DNA from: Marsupella aquatica
Lineage: Eukaryota > Plantae > Marchantiophyta
Length of the DNA: 64,000 bases
Direction: 5' to 3'
Assembly: GCA_973895155.1 (NCBI GenBank)
Contig: OZ316896.1
Coordinates: forward strand, 62,001-126,000
A model generated the notes under the pieces. The model was not told the origin of the DNA. It was given only the letters and a program-made list of their open reading frames with translations, and ran no database searches. The translations under genes and the position numbers were made by a program. Shown here one piece after another: positions 54,630-64,000 of this stretch (its first letter is position 1; each line of letters starts with the position of its first letter).

Positions 54630-57600
54630 TGTGATGCCTAGACAGGAATCACTCGGCCGGTTAAGTGGGTAAAGCAGGAAGGCACCCTAGGAACACCTTA
54701 GTATAGTGACAAAACAAGGAAAATATAAACAATTAGGGGCAACCATGGAACCCGGGTAGAGGCCGAAGGTAAGGCTGAGGGTGAAAACCCGATTAGGGTT
54801 AGGGCGTGTTAAGCGTCGGCGGCTAGGAAGGATCAACGGGAAGAAGGACGGGCAGAGGAGAGGGGTAAGGAGCGCTTGCAGGAGATGGTGGCTCATTTGC
54901 GAGCACGAACTAGGCAGACGACTACGGGAGGCCAACTACTGTCAGCTGCTTAGGCAAGCACTCGGGGAGAGAGTAGATACCGACGATCAACCTAAGGAGG
55001 GTATGAGCAACGTCAATCAAGCGGCACATTTCTGGGGATGCCTGTTCGAACGGGCAACTGAGTACATCAAGACTTACGAGGACGAGGAGTCAGAAAGGGC
55101 AGCTCGAGAACGGCAGGAGCTCGCTCGATTGTGGGAGCTGCAGAAGACGGCTTTCTTAGGAGGCGAACTCATCAAGGACGAGTTCCTGTGGACGCCTACT
55201 TCCAATCAACTCGACGATCTTCTGTTTTGCAAAGACAGCGTCGTCGGCATCCGAGAGGCCATCAAGAACTGCAACGACATACACTGGGAATTAAAGGGTA
55301 GCACGGAAAGGTGGACCCAGGCAACGGTGCTAGGAGAAACCTCCACGGCAGCAGAGATGAAGAGGAAGGGGGCCGTCAACGATGAAGCCACCCCGGCAAA
55401 AAGAACGAGGTCGGCGGCACCAAAGAGGCCAGCCGAGCAGCAGAGCAGGAGGCAGGGAGAAGCCGAAAAGGAGGAGGTCGATCCCATCAAGGCCATTCCA
55501 ACCAGGGATGACACCTGGAAGGGCTGGGCGGCAACCCTACCAGTGGAGGTGCAACTACATTTTGCACGGGAGGAGGATGCATGCTTTACGGCCATGCAGA
55601 CCAAGAAGTACCAAGGCTTCATGGCCGGATCCGGCTTGGAGGCCTTTGTAAGATTACCATGGCTGAAGCCGGAGGTACCAGAGTCAGACCTATTAGAATT
55701 CGTGGGGTCATGGGAACCCGAGACCAATTGCACGAGGATATATGGGAAGGATTTCTATCTTACTCCCAAGGTAATTGCCGAAGTGTTTGGCTTGCCGATA
55801 GGCAATAAGACCAAAGTTGATACCAGGAAGACCCTGCCTGACAAGGAGTTCCGGTCGTTCCCCGGGCCATCAACGAAGAATGGCTTCTTCCGGAACACCT
55901 GCACCAACCCGCACATAGGAGAGATGATCGACTTCTTGCGGGTGACCATGCATTGTAACTTGCCGAGGGCAGAGATCGGCAAGGCACAGGTCTATCTGGC
56001 AGAAAGGCCAGACCCAAGCCGGGACTACAACGGGTACCTCCTCAACAAATTGAAGAAGATCTTAAAGGAGGAGCAGCAGGTAATCGGCATGGGGAGCGTG
56101 TCGCGGCTTGGCTATCACATGCCGCTGTTGTGCCGGTATGCCAGAGGTCAGACTTTTGCCCCGGTACTTCCCCTGCAGGTAAGGGCACCCGAGGAAGCTC
56201 CAACACCAAGGCCGTTGGCTGAGAAGCCTCAACCACCTGTTAGTCCTACGATCGAGCAGGTGTTTAGGCCCAGGAAGGAAGACTTGCCGATGCAGCAACC
56301 AGGCATGCAGAGTCTGCTGAAACTACTGGAGAAAGAAAAGAAATCGGCATCGGCAACAACAACAACAACGGCAACGGCAACAATGCAGGACACTACTACA
56401 GAGGTAGGCCTACACCGGCTCACAAGAGAAAACCCCTTTGCTGGAGACAAGGAGAGAATCAGGCCGGAATCCAAGCCAGGTGTTCGAATGTACGTGGGAA
56501 CCTCAAGCTCCGAATCTGAGGCAGAATTGCCTGAAGCTCCTACCGAGGAAGAGGAGAGGGAGAAGCCGGACGTCCAAGAGGTAGAGGAGGCAGTGGAGGA
56601 CTACAGCCATGATAATTCCGGCTATGGGTCGGACCATCACGTTCCAGGAGTAAGGACCTGTGGCCGGTTTGTCCCCACACTTCCAAGGGTAGTGCGAGGG
56701 GACCCCAACCAGCAGAGTAGCCCTGAGTCTCCCCCACCAGATGTTGCTCCCCCGAGCTTCGACGGCATAAAACAGACGGTGCAGGAATTTCAGGAGCGAA
56801 TCAAGCAGGAGGAAGAGGCCGCCCTGGCTAAGGAAAAGGATTTACCAGGAGGAGATTGGCCGGAGGACATCAGGCGGCTAGCCGAAAAAGGAAGCAAACC
56901 TCTAGCCACGATTGAAGAGATCCGCAGGACGGCTTGGGAGCAGAGGCCACGATGGGCGATGCCGATCACTTCTACTTACTCCACCTACGCTAAGAATGGA
57001 GCCATGGAGTATGGTGAGATGTGTGGGGAACTTGCGCTCGGCATCTTTGGAGAGGAGTTGGAGATAGGACCCTTTTTCCATAGGGAGCAGTTGGAGAAGC
57101 ACCAATTAGAAGAAGCGGTGGCTTTAGAGAGAAGCAAGAAGGACGAGGTCATTCGGCGGCTTAGGAGGATGGGAGCCGAGATTGAAGATCTAAGGGCGGC
57201 CAAGAAAGCCCAAGATGAACTGCGGATTAAACGACATGAGCTGAACATCATGCAGGGGCAGTTGGACGCCGCGCAGGCTGATAATCAGAATATCAAGGAT
57301 AAACTGACTCAGACGCAGGAAGAGTTGGCCGACACGATCAAAGAGAGGGAAAAGTGGAAGCAAGAGCTGAAGAATACAGAGGAGGCCCACATAACAGCCA
57401 ACAGCCGGGCCATGGCGGAGACCCAAAGAAAGGAATGGGCGTTGAAAGGGGAGCTCGAGAAAATCCGCGGAGCCCTTGAGCAGAAGGAGGTCGAGTTAGG
57501 GAAATCCTATCAAGGGATTATGGCGCTGCAGCAGGAGCTTGCGTCCCTGACGGCCAGCTTCAAGGCCGACCTAAGGGAGAAGGATGAGATGCTCGAACAG

Positions 57601-59324
57601 ACTTACGCCAAGATGAACCAGATGGAGTCTGTCATCATTGCAGAGCTCGACAAGGAGCTAAGAGCAACCCAGGAGGAGAGGGCTACCTTGAAGAAGGAAT
57701 TGGAGGAAGCCCACAGGGAGCAGGAGGAGGCCAAAAACGAGCTGGAGGGGGCACGTAAGGACCTGGATGAAACCCAAGAGGAGTTGGAGGAAATCACGAG
57801 GAAGATGGAGAACCTACAGCGGCGGGCCGACAACCAAACAGAGCGGCTGAAGAAACAAGCCGCAGTATTTAAATGCTTAGCTGCAGCAGGTCCATCTCCC
57901 GTTGGGACAAACCAGTTACCAGGGGTGGTAATTGCCGAAGGACAAGCCGCGTCAACTGCACCAGTGCCGGAAGTAAGTGGGAAGGGGAAGGGACCAGCTG
58001 CCGAGCCACCAACGAAGAAGAAGCGGAAACCTCCAGGGTCAAGGAGTAATACGACTTCACAGGCCGTGGTGATCAAGGAGGTAGACCCAGCACCGACCCC
58101 AGACAGGGTCACGGCTAAGGATCCAACTACCCTAGGGGAAGGGGAGGCCGAAGCCGAGGGAGTGGCTGAAGCCGAAGCCGTGGGAGTGGCTGAGGCCGAA
58201 GCCGTGGGAGTGGCTGAGGCCGAAGCCGTGGGAGTGGCTGAGGCCGAAGCCGTGGGTATTGCCGAGGCCGGTGTCGAGGCTGAAGCCGAAGGTGGACCCA
58301 GTCAGGCCGATGGAGAGTTGACTCGGTCAAGGGCAGGTAATCTGTCAGTAGGCGGGCCAACGGCAGTGGCTGAGGAGGAAGTGTTGGGGGCGTCCATTGA
58401 GGATCCACCACCGGTGTCGTGACGGTGCAAGGGCGCCGTTCCTTTTAGGGAGGGCGGACATGGAGGGAGGAGGCGTGAGTGGGCAGGGCGGGCGCGGATC
58501 TCCACGTTTAGGATTAGGATCAGAACCAGGAGCGGCCCTGACACTTAGCTTAGTGGGATTGCGGTCCCACTGGTAGGAGCAACACTTGTGCTCCTGCCTT
58601 GCTGTACATAGGTAGATTCGGGCAAGTAGATTACTGTCAGGTAGATTAGGCTTACGATGCAAAGAATGGCGGATCCACTACCAGGATAAGTACCTAGGCA
58701 GCGGGGAGCTCAGGGCCTCTTCTTTAGCAAGTTTTTAGTTTGCACCAGCCGGGCTGGGATCAAGTAGTACGAGAAGCTCTCGGTTAGTCATACAGTGACC
58801 CTTGTGTATATTCATGTTTCCTCATGCCTAAGAGCTGAATAGAGTTGGCCTCACGGCTTAGTTCGCAGAACTTGTGTATGAGATGTACTGTTTGTATGGC
58901 AAGTGCATGGTATGACTCAGTCAGAATGAGTCATTTTGCTATTTGTGTGTCGCATTAACTTGTGTGAAGAGTGCCCACATCAACAGAAGGAAGGAAAGTA
59001 AGCAGGGGAGTGAGAGTTGGATGTGTCGAGCTGAGAGAGGTCTTAGCGGCTTAACCAAGCCTATTGGGGATCATTCCGGCGGCGGAATCCAAACATACCT
59101 AACAGGAAGACAGGGGAAGGCCTATATTAGGCCGGCTACGTATCTCATGACCCGATGAAGGATCTGTCCAGTATATGTGTGTAAAATGTTAATAGTAGTA
59201 GTAGAAGGTTAGCAGCGTCCCATGCCGCTAAGCCGCGGAAACGGCCTCGCCAAGCACGAAACCTGCGGGAATCGGCTTGAGCTGGGGGGTTTCTTGGGTT
59301 TAGGGAGCCATGGGACGCACCACA
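54630..59324 (+). mobile_element. Family B full-length LTR (4695 bp), solo, inverted inside another family B copy
   Basis: TGTGATG...CACCACA, the same ends as the PBS- and PPT-defined short LTRs; flanks ACTAC and CTTCT do not match. Confidence 0.93.
55003..58422 (+). CDS. LTR-embedded ORF (1139 aa from ATG 55003; frame open from 54781): PMD-like domain, acidic/Pro region, long coiled coil, NLS-like KKKRK, EAVGVAEA repeats
   Basis: Intact frame; LLEFVGSWEPETNCTRIYGKDFYLTPKVIAEVFGLPIG resembles the PMD W..ET...T..DV...LGLP.G motif; MS...A.FW start resembles the ORF C start. Confidence 0.85.
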   Translation: MSNVNQAAHFWGCLFERATEYIKTYEDEESERAARERQELARLWELQKTAFLGGELIKDEFLWTPTSNQLDDLLFCKDSVVGIREAIKNCNDIHWELKGSTERWTQATVLGETSTAAEMKRKGAVNDEATPAKRTRSAAPKRPAEQQSRRQGEAEKEEVDPIKAIPTRDDTWKGWAATLPVEVQLHFAREEDACFTAMQTKKYQGFMAGSGLEAFVRLPWLKPEVPESDLLEFVGSWEPETNCTRIYGKDFYLTPKVIAEVFGLPIGNKTKVDTRKTLPDKEFRSFPGPSTKNGFFRNTCTNPHIGEMIDFLRVTMHCNLPRAEIGKAQVYLAERPDPSRDYNGYLLNKLKKILKEEQQVIGMGSVSRLGYHMPLLCRYARGQTFAPVLPLQVRAPEEAPTPRPLAEKPQPPVSPTIEQVFRPRKEDLPMQQPGMQSLLKLLEKEKKSASATTTTTATATMQDTTTEVGLHRLTRENPFAGDKERIRPESKPGVRMYVGTSSSESEAELPEAPTEEEEREKPDVQEVEEAVEDYSHDNSGYGSDHHVPGVRTCGRFVPTLPRVVRGDPNQQSSPESPPPDVAPPSFDGIKQTVQEFQERIKQEEEAALAKEKDLPGGDWPEDIRRLAEKGSKPLATIEEIRRTAWEQRPRWAMPITSTYSTYAKNGAMEYGEMCGELALGIFGEELEIGPFFHREQLEKHQLEEAVALERSKKDEVIRRLRRMGAEIEDLRAAKKAQDELRIKRHELNIMQGQLDAAQADNQNIKDKLTQTQEELADTIKEREKWKQELKNTEEAHITANSRAMAETQRKEWALKGELEKIRGALEQKEVELGKSYQGIMALQQELASLTASFKADLREKDEMLEQTYAKMNQMESVIIAELDKELRATQEERATLKKELEEAHREQEEAKNELEGARKDLDETQEELEEITRKMENLQRRADNQTERLKKQAAVFKCLAAAGPSPVGTNQLPGVVIAEGQAASTAPVPEVSGKGKGPAAEPPTKKKRKPPGSRSNTTSQAVVIKEVDPAPTPDRVTAKDPTTLGEGEAEAEGVAEAEAVGVAEAEAVGVAEAEAVGVAEAEAVGIAEAGVEAEAEGGPSQADGELTRSRAGNLSVGGPTAVAEEEVLGASIEDPPPVS

Positions 59325-60921
59325 CTTCTCAGCCAACGGCCTCGGTGTTGGAGCTTCCTCGGGTGCCCTTACCTACAGGGGAAGTACCGGGGCAAAAGTC
59401 TGACCTCTGGCATACCGGCACAACAGCGGCATGTGATAGCCAAGCCGCGACACGCTCCCCATGCCGATTACCTGCTGCTCCTCCTTTAAGATCTTCTTCA
59501 ATTTGTTGAGGAGGTACCCGTTGTAGTCCCGGCTTGGGTCTGGCCTTTCTGCCAGATAGACCTGTGCCTTGCCGATCTCTGCCCTCGGCAAGTTACAATG
59601 CATGGTCACCCGCAAGAAGTCGATCATCTCTCCTATGTGCGGGTTGGTGCAGGTGTTCCGGAAGAAGCCATTCTTCGTTGATGGCCCGGGGAACGACCGG
59701 AACTCCTTGTCAGGCAGGGTCTTCCTGGTATCAACTTTGGTCTTATTGCCTATCGGCAAGCCAAACACTTCGGCAATTACCTTGGGAGTAAGATAGAAAT
59801 CCTTCCCATATATCCTCGTGCAATTGGTCTCGGGTTCCCATGACCCCACGAATTCTAATAGGTCTGACTCTGGTACCTCCGGCTTCAGCCATGGTAATCT
59901 TACAAAGGCCTCCAAGCCGGATCCGGCCATGAAGCCTTGGTACTTCTTGGTCTGCATGGCCGTAAAGCATGCATCCTCCTCCCGTGCAAAATGTAGTTGC
60001 ACCTCCACCGGTAGGGTTGCCGCCCAGCCCTTCCAGGTGTCATCCCTGGTTGGAATGGCCTTGATGGGATCGACCTCCTCCTTTTCGGCTTCTCCCTGCC
60101 TCCTGCTCTGCTGCTCGGCTGGCCTCTTTGGTGCCGCCGACCTCGTTCTTTTTGCCGGGGTGGCTTCATCGTTGACGGCCCCCTTCCTCTTCATCTCTGC
60201 TGCCGTGGAGGTTTCTCCTAGCACCGTTGCCTGGGTCCACCTTTCCGTGCTACCCTTTAATTCCCAGTGTATGTCGTTGCAGTTCTTGATGGCCTCTCGG
60301 ATGCCGACGACGCTGTCTTTGCAAAACAGAAGATTGTCGAGTTGATTGGAAGTAGGCGTCCACAGGAACTCGTCCTTGATGAGTTCGCCTCCTAAGAAAG
60401 CCGTCTTCTGCAGCTCCCACAATCGAGCAAGCTCCTGCCGTTCTCGAGCTGCCCTTTCTGACTCCTCGTCCTCGTAAGTCTTGATGTACTCAGTTGCCCG
60501 TTCGAACAGGCATCCCCAGAAATGTGCCGCTTGATTGACGTTGCTCATACCCTCCTTAGGTCGATCGTCGGTATCTATTCTCTCCCCGAGTGCTTGCCTA
60601 AGCAGCTGACAATAGTTGGCCTCCCGTAGTCGTCTGCCTAGTTCGTGCTCGCAAATGAGCCACCATCTCTTGCAAGCGCTCCTTACCCCTCTCCTCTGCC
60701 GGTCCTTCTTCCCGTTGATCCTTCCTAGCCGCCGACGCTTAACGCGCCCTAACCCTAATCGGGTTTTCACCCTCAGCCTTACCTCCGGCCTCTGCCCGGG
60801 TTCCATGGTTGCCCCTAATTGTTTATATTTTCCTTGTTTTGTCCCTATACTAAGGTGTTCCTAGGGTGCCTTCCTGCTTTACCCACTTAACCGGCCGAGT
60901 GATTCCTGTCTAGGCATCACA
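59325..60921 (-). mobile_element. First 1.6 kb of a family B long LTR, truncated
   Basis: Reverse complement of 54630 to about 56224; TGTGATG start at 60921. Confidence 0.93.
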
Positions 60922-61801
60922 GTGACACTTTTGATGCTAACGGAGTCCAATGGTTTCAACATGAATGTTATAGCTGCAAAAGACTTTTATTGGAAATGTT
61001 ATGGGAGTGCGGGACTACAAGTGAGTCACAATGAATGCTAGTGGTGTATGAACACTTAAAAAATAATGTTATGGGAGCCTACGGCAACCACCCGTAAGTC
61101 ACCCTAATCAATACTAGCGGAGTTTAAAGGTTTTAATACTAATGTTGTGGGAGTCCAAATGTTGAAACGTCGAGACCGTGCATTGCATGTAGGAAACCAT
61201 GCACCGCGCTCCCTAAATACCCTGAAATGGCCTGAAGACCGGCCTCATTGCACGCGCTATGCAGAGAAGATATATACAGGCCTGAAGACCGGCCTCATTG
61301 CACGCGCTGTGCAGAGAAGATATATACAGGGAATTTGAAAGTGACGAGCACGTTAAGGAACCAGGTTGAAGGCTGGTACAAGAATTCTAGAAGCATTGAC
61401 CAAGCTTTGTTTCCTTTGTATTTCTCACGAACCTAATTGAATGGTGACACTTTTGATGCTAACAGAGTCCAATGGTTTCAACATGAATGTTATAGCTGCA
61501 AAAGACTTTTATTGGAAATGTTATGGGAGTGCGGGACTACAAGTGAGTCACAATGAATGCTAGTGGTGTATGAACACTTAAAAAATAATGTTATGGGAGC
61601 GTACGGCAACCACCTGTAAGTCACCCTAATCAATACTAGCGGAGTTTAAAGGTTTTAATACTAATGTTGTGGGAGTCCAAATGTTGAAACGTCGAGACCG
61701 TGCACCGCATGTAGGAGACCATGCACCGCGCTCCCTAAATACCCTGAAATGGCCTGAAGACCGGCCTCATTGCACGCGCTGTGCAGAGAAGATATATACA
61801 G
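60922..61801 (+). repeat. Tandem repeat, 522-bp period (about 1.7 units) with an internal 50-bp duplication
   Basis: GTGACACTTTTGATGCTAAC at 60922 and 61444. Confidence 0.9.
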
Positions 61802-63403
61802 TCTGTCATCATTGCAGAGCTTGACAAGGAGTTAAGAGTGACCCGGGAGGAGAGAGCTGCGTTTAAACAAGAATTGGAGGAAGCGCAAAAGGAGCTGGAG
61901 GAGGCGCGCAAGGACCTGGACGAAGTGCAGGAAGAGTTGGAGGAAAGCACGCGGAAGCTAGAGAACTTACAACAACAAGCCGACAACCAAACGGAGCGGC
62001 TGAAGAAACAAGCCGCAGTATTTAAGTGCTCGGCTTCATCAGGGCCAACTCAAATTGAGGCCACTAAGTTACCAGGAGTGGTACTGGCCGAAGGACAAGC
62101 CGCGCCATTTGCACTAGTGCCGGAAGTAAGTGGGAAGGGGAAGGGGCCAGCTGCCGAACCAGAAAAGAAGAAGAAGCGAAAACCTTCAAGGTCAAGGAGT
62201 AATACGGCTCCACAGGCCGTGGTGACCAAGGAGGTAAACCCAGCACCGACCTCAGGCAGGGTTACGACAGAGGATCCAACTACCTTGGAAGAAGGGGATG
62301 ACAAGGCTGAGGCCGTAGCCAAGGTTGATGTTGAAGCCGATGCCGTTGCCGAGGGTGGACCCAGTCAGGCCGATGGAGAGTTGACTTAGTCAAGGGCAGG
62401 TAATCTGTCAGAGAACGAACCTACGGCAGTGGCTAAGATGGAAGCGTTGGGGGCGTCCACTGAGGAACAGACACCGCTGCCATGACGGTGGTGGAGGGCC
62501 GCTCCACTCAAGGAGGGCGGACGTGGAGGGAGGAGGCGTGAGTGGGCAGGGCGGGCTCAGATCTCTAAGTTTAGGATTAGGATCAGGACCAGGAGGCGGC
62601 CCTGACACTTAGCTTAGTGGGATTGCGGTTCCACTGGTAAGAGCAACACTTGTACTCCTGCCTCGTTGTACATAGGTAGATTTAGTTAGGTAGATTCAGT
62701 GAGGTAGATTAAGCTTACGCTGCAAGGAATTAGGCGGATCCACTACCAAGATAAGTACCTGGGCAGCGGGGAGCTCAGGGCCTCTTCTTTAGCAAGTTTT
62801 TAGTTGCACCAGCCGGGCTGGGATCAAGTAGTAAGAGAAGCTCTCGGTTAGTCATATAGTGACCCTTGTGTATATTCATGTTTCCTCATGCCTAAGAGCT
62901 GAATAGAGTTGGCCTCACGGCTTAGTTCGCAGAGCTTGTGTATGAGATGTACTGTTTGTATGGCAAGTGCATGGTATGACTCAGTCAGAAGGAGTCATTT
63001 TGCTATTTGTGTGTCGCATTAACTTGTGTGAAGAGTGCCCACATCAACTAATAGAGGAAGGAAAGTAAGCAAGAGAGTGAGAGTTGGATGTGTCGAGCTG
63101 AGAGAGGTCTTAGCGGCTTAACCAAGCCTATTGGGGATCATTTCGGCGGCGGAATCCAAATATACCTAACAAGACGGAGGGGAAGACAAGGGAAGGCCTA
63201 GATTAGGCCGGCTACGTATCTCATGACCCGATGAAGGATCTGTCCAGTATATGTGTGTAAAATGTTAATAGTAGTAGTAGAAGGAGGTTAGCAGCGTCCC
63301 ATGCCACTAAGCCGCGGAAACGGTCTCCCCAAGCGTGAAACCCGCGGGAATTGGCTTGTGAAGGGGGGTTTCTGGGGTTTAGGGAGCCATGGGATGCACC
63401 ACA
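61802..63403 (+). mobile_element. 3' part of a diverged family B long 5' LTR, including the ORF C-terminus
   Basis: Homologous to about 57628-59324; ends CACCACA, then PBS. Confidence 0.92.
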
Positions 63404-63407
63404 TTTT

Positions 63408-63425
63408 TGGCGCTAGATGGAGGGG
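63408..63425 (+). promoter_or_regulatory. PBS, tRNA-Asn-like
   Basis: TGGCGCTAGATGGAGGGG, 4 nt after the LTR end. Confidence 0.8.
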
Positions 63426-63472
63426 GCATTTCTTAAGCCGTGAGATATGAAGTTAGGAAAGAAGCGTAGGTA

Positions 63473-64000
63473 ATGATTGAACCTACGCCAAGGGAGGAAA
63501 GAGTGATTCAACGGGAGAGAGCTCGTCTGCAGCAGCTCGCCGGGTGGCATGATACACAGCGACTGAGAGGAGCAGAAAGAGCTGGTAGCTCCAAAGCTGG
63601 AAGTGGCCTCGAAGAAGACATACCAGAAGAAGAGTCGGTAGGAAGAAACGAGTACCCAACCGACATGGAGGAACCAGAGGCACGGCCAGACGAGAGGCCA
63701 GGGACCAGACTGAGCCAATAGTCGCGCATTCATTACAAAGCATTTCATGGAAGAGGAGATGAGGATCCGGACGAATGGTTGGATGATTTCGAGGGAACCG
63801 CTGCAGCAAATGGAGAATCGGCCATCAAGATGCAGATTCTTCCCGGCCTGTTCAAGGGTGAGGCTAGGCCTTGGTACAGAGCATTGGATGTGGAAGATCA
63901 AGCCATCTGGGATATCTTCAAAACACTATTTGTTAAGGAGTTTCGACCCATTGGAACTTCAGAACTAGCAGTGCTGAAATTGGGACAACTTCGGTTCAAA
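63473..64000 (+). pseudogene. gag: Family B gag start (nonsense at 63719-63721); runs off the window
   Basis: Homologous to 6175-7155. Confidence 0.9.

Overview
Eukaryotic, intron-containing, TE-dense plant DNA. The gene and TE content suggests a non-seed land plant such as a bryophyte (inference). Most of the window is nested or rearranged Ty3/Gypsy LTR retrotransposons. The standout is three different non-chromovirus (Athila/Phygy-like) Gypsy families whose LTRs are about 4-4.7 kb and each contain a homologous 800-1140 aa ORF with a PMD/plant-transposon-protein-like domain. Family A: pol, PPT, then a putative LTR from 2168. Family B: full LTR 54630-59324 plus 1462-bp ORF-deleted LTRs at 7225-8686 and 48072-49533. 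Family C: solo LTR 43232-47228 with a CTAGC target-site duplication (TSD). Also present: a two-exon Crinkler-type REase+kinase gene, an orphan RNase H exon, a 5'-truncated and frameshifted organellar-type IleRS pseudogene, a chromovirus fragment, LINE and copia fragments, and a block at 28.4-42.4 kb of TE-cargo-like (pseudo)genes. That block holds a RING gene, RPA-like, SNF2 and Harbinger fragments, a ParB-like + degenerate amino-MTase + Ulp1 protease gene, and a strictly 21-bp-periodic palindrome array. All domain calls are by-eye motif recognition; no searches were run.
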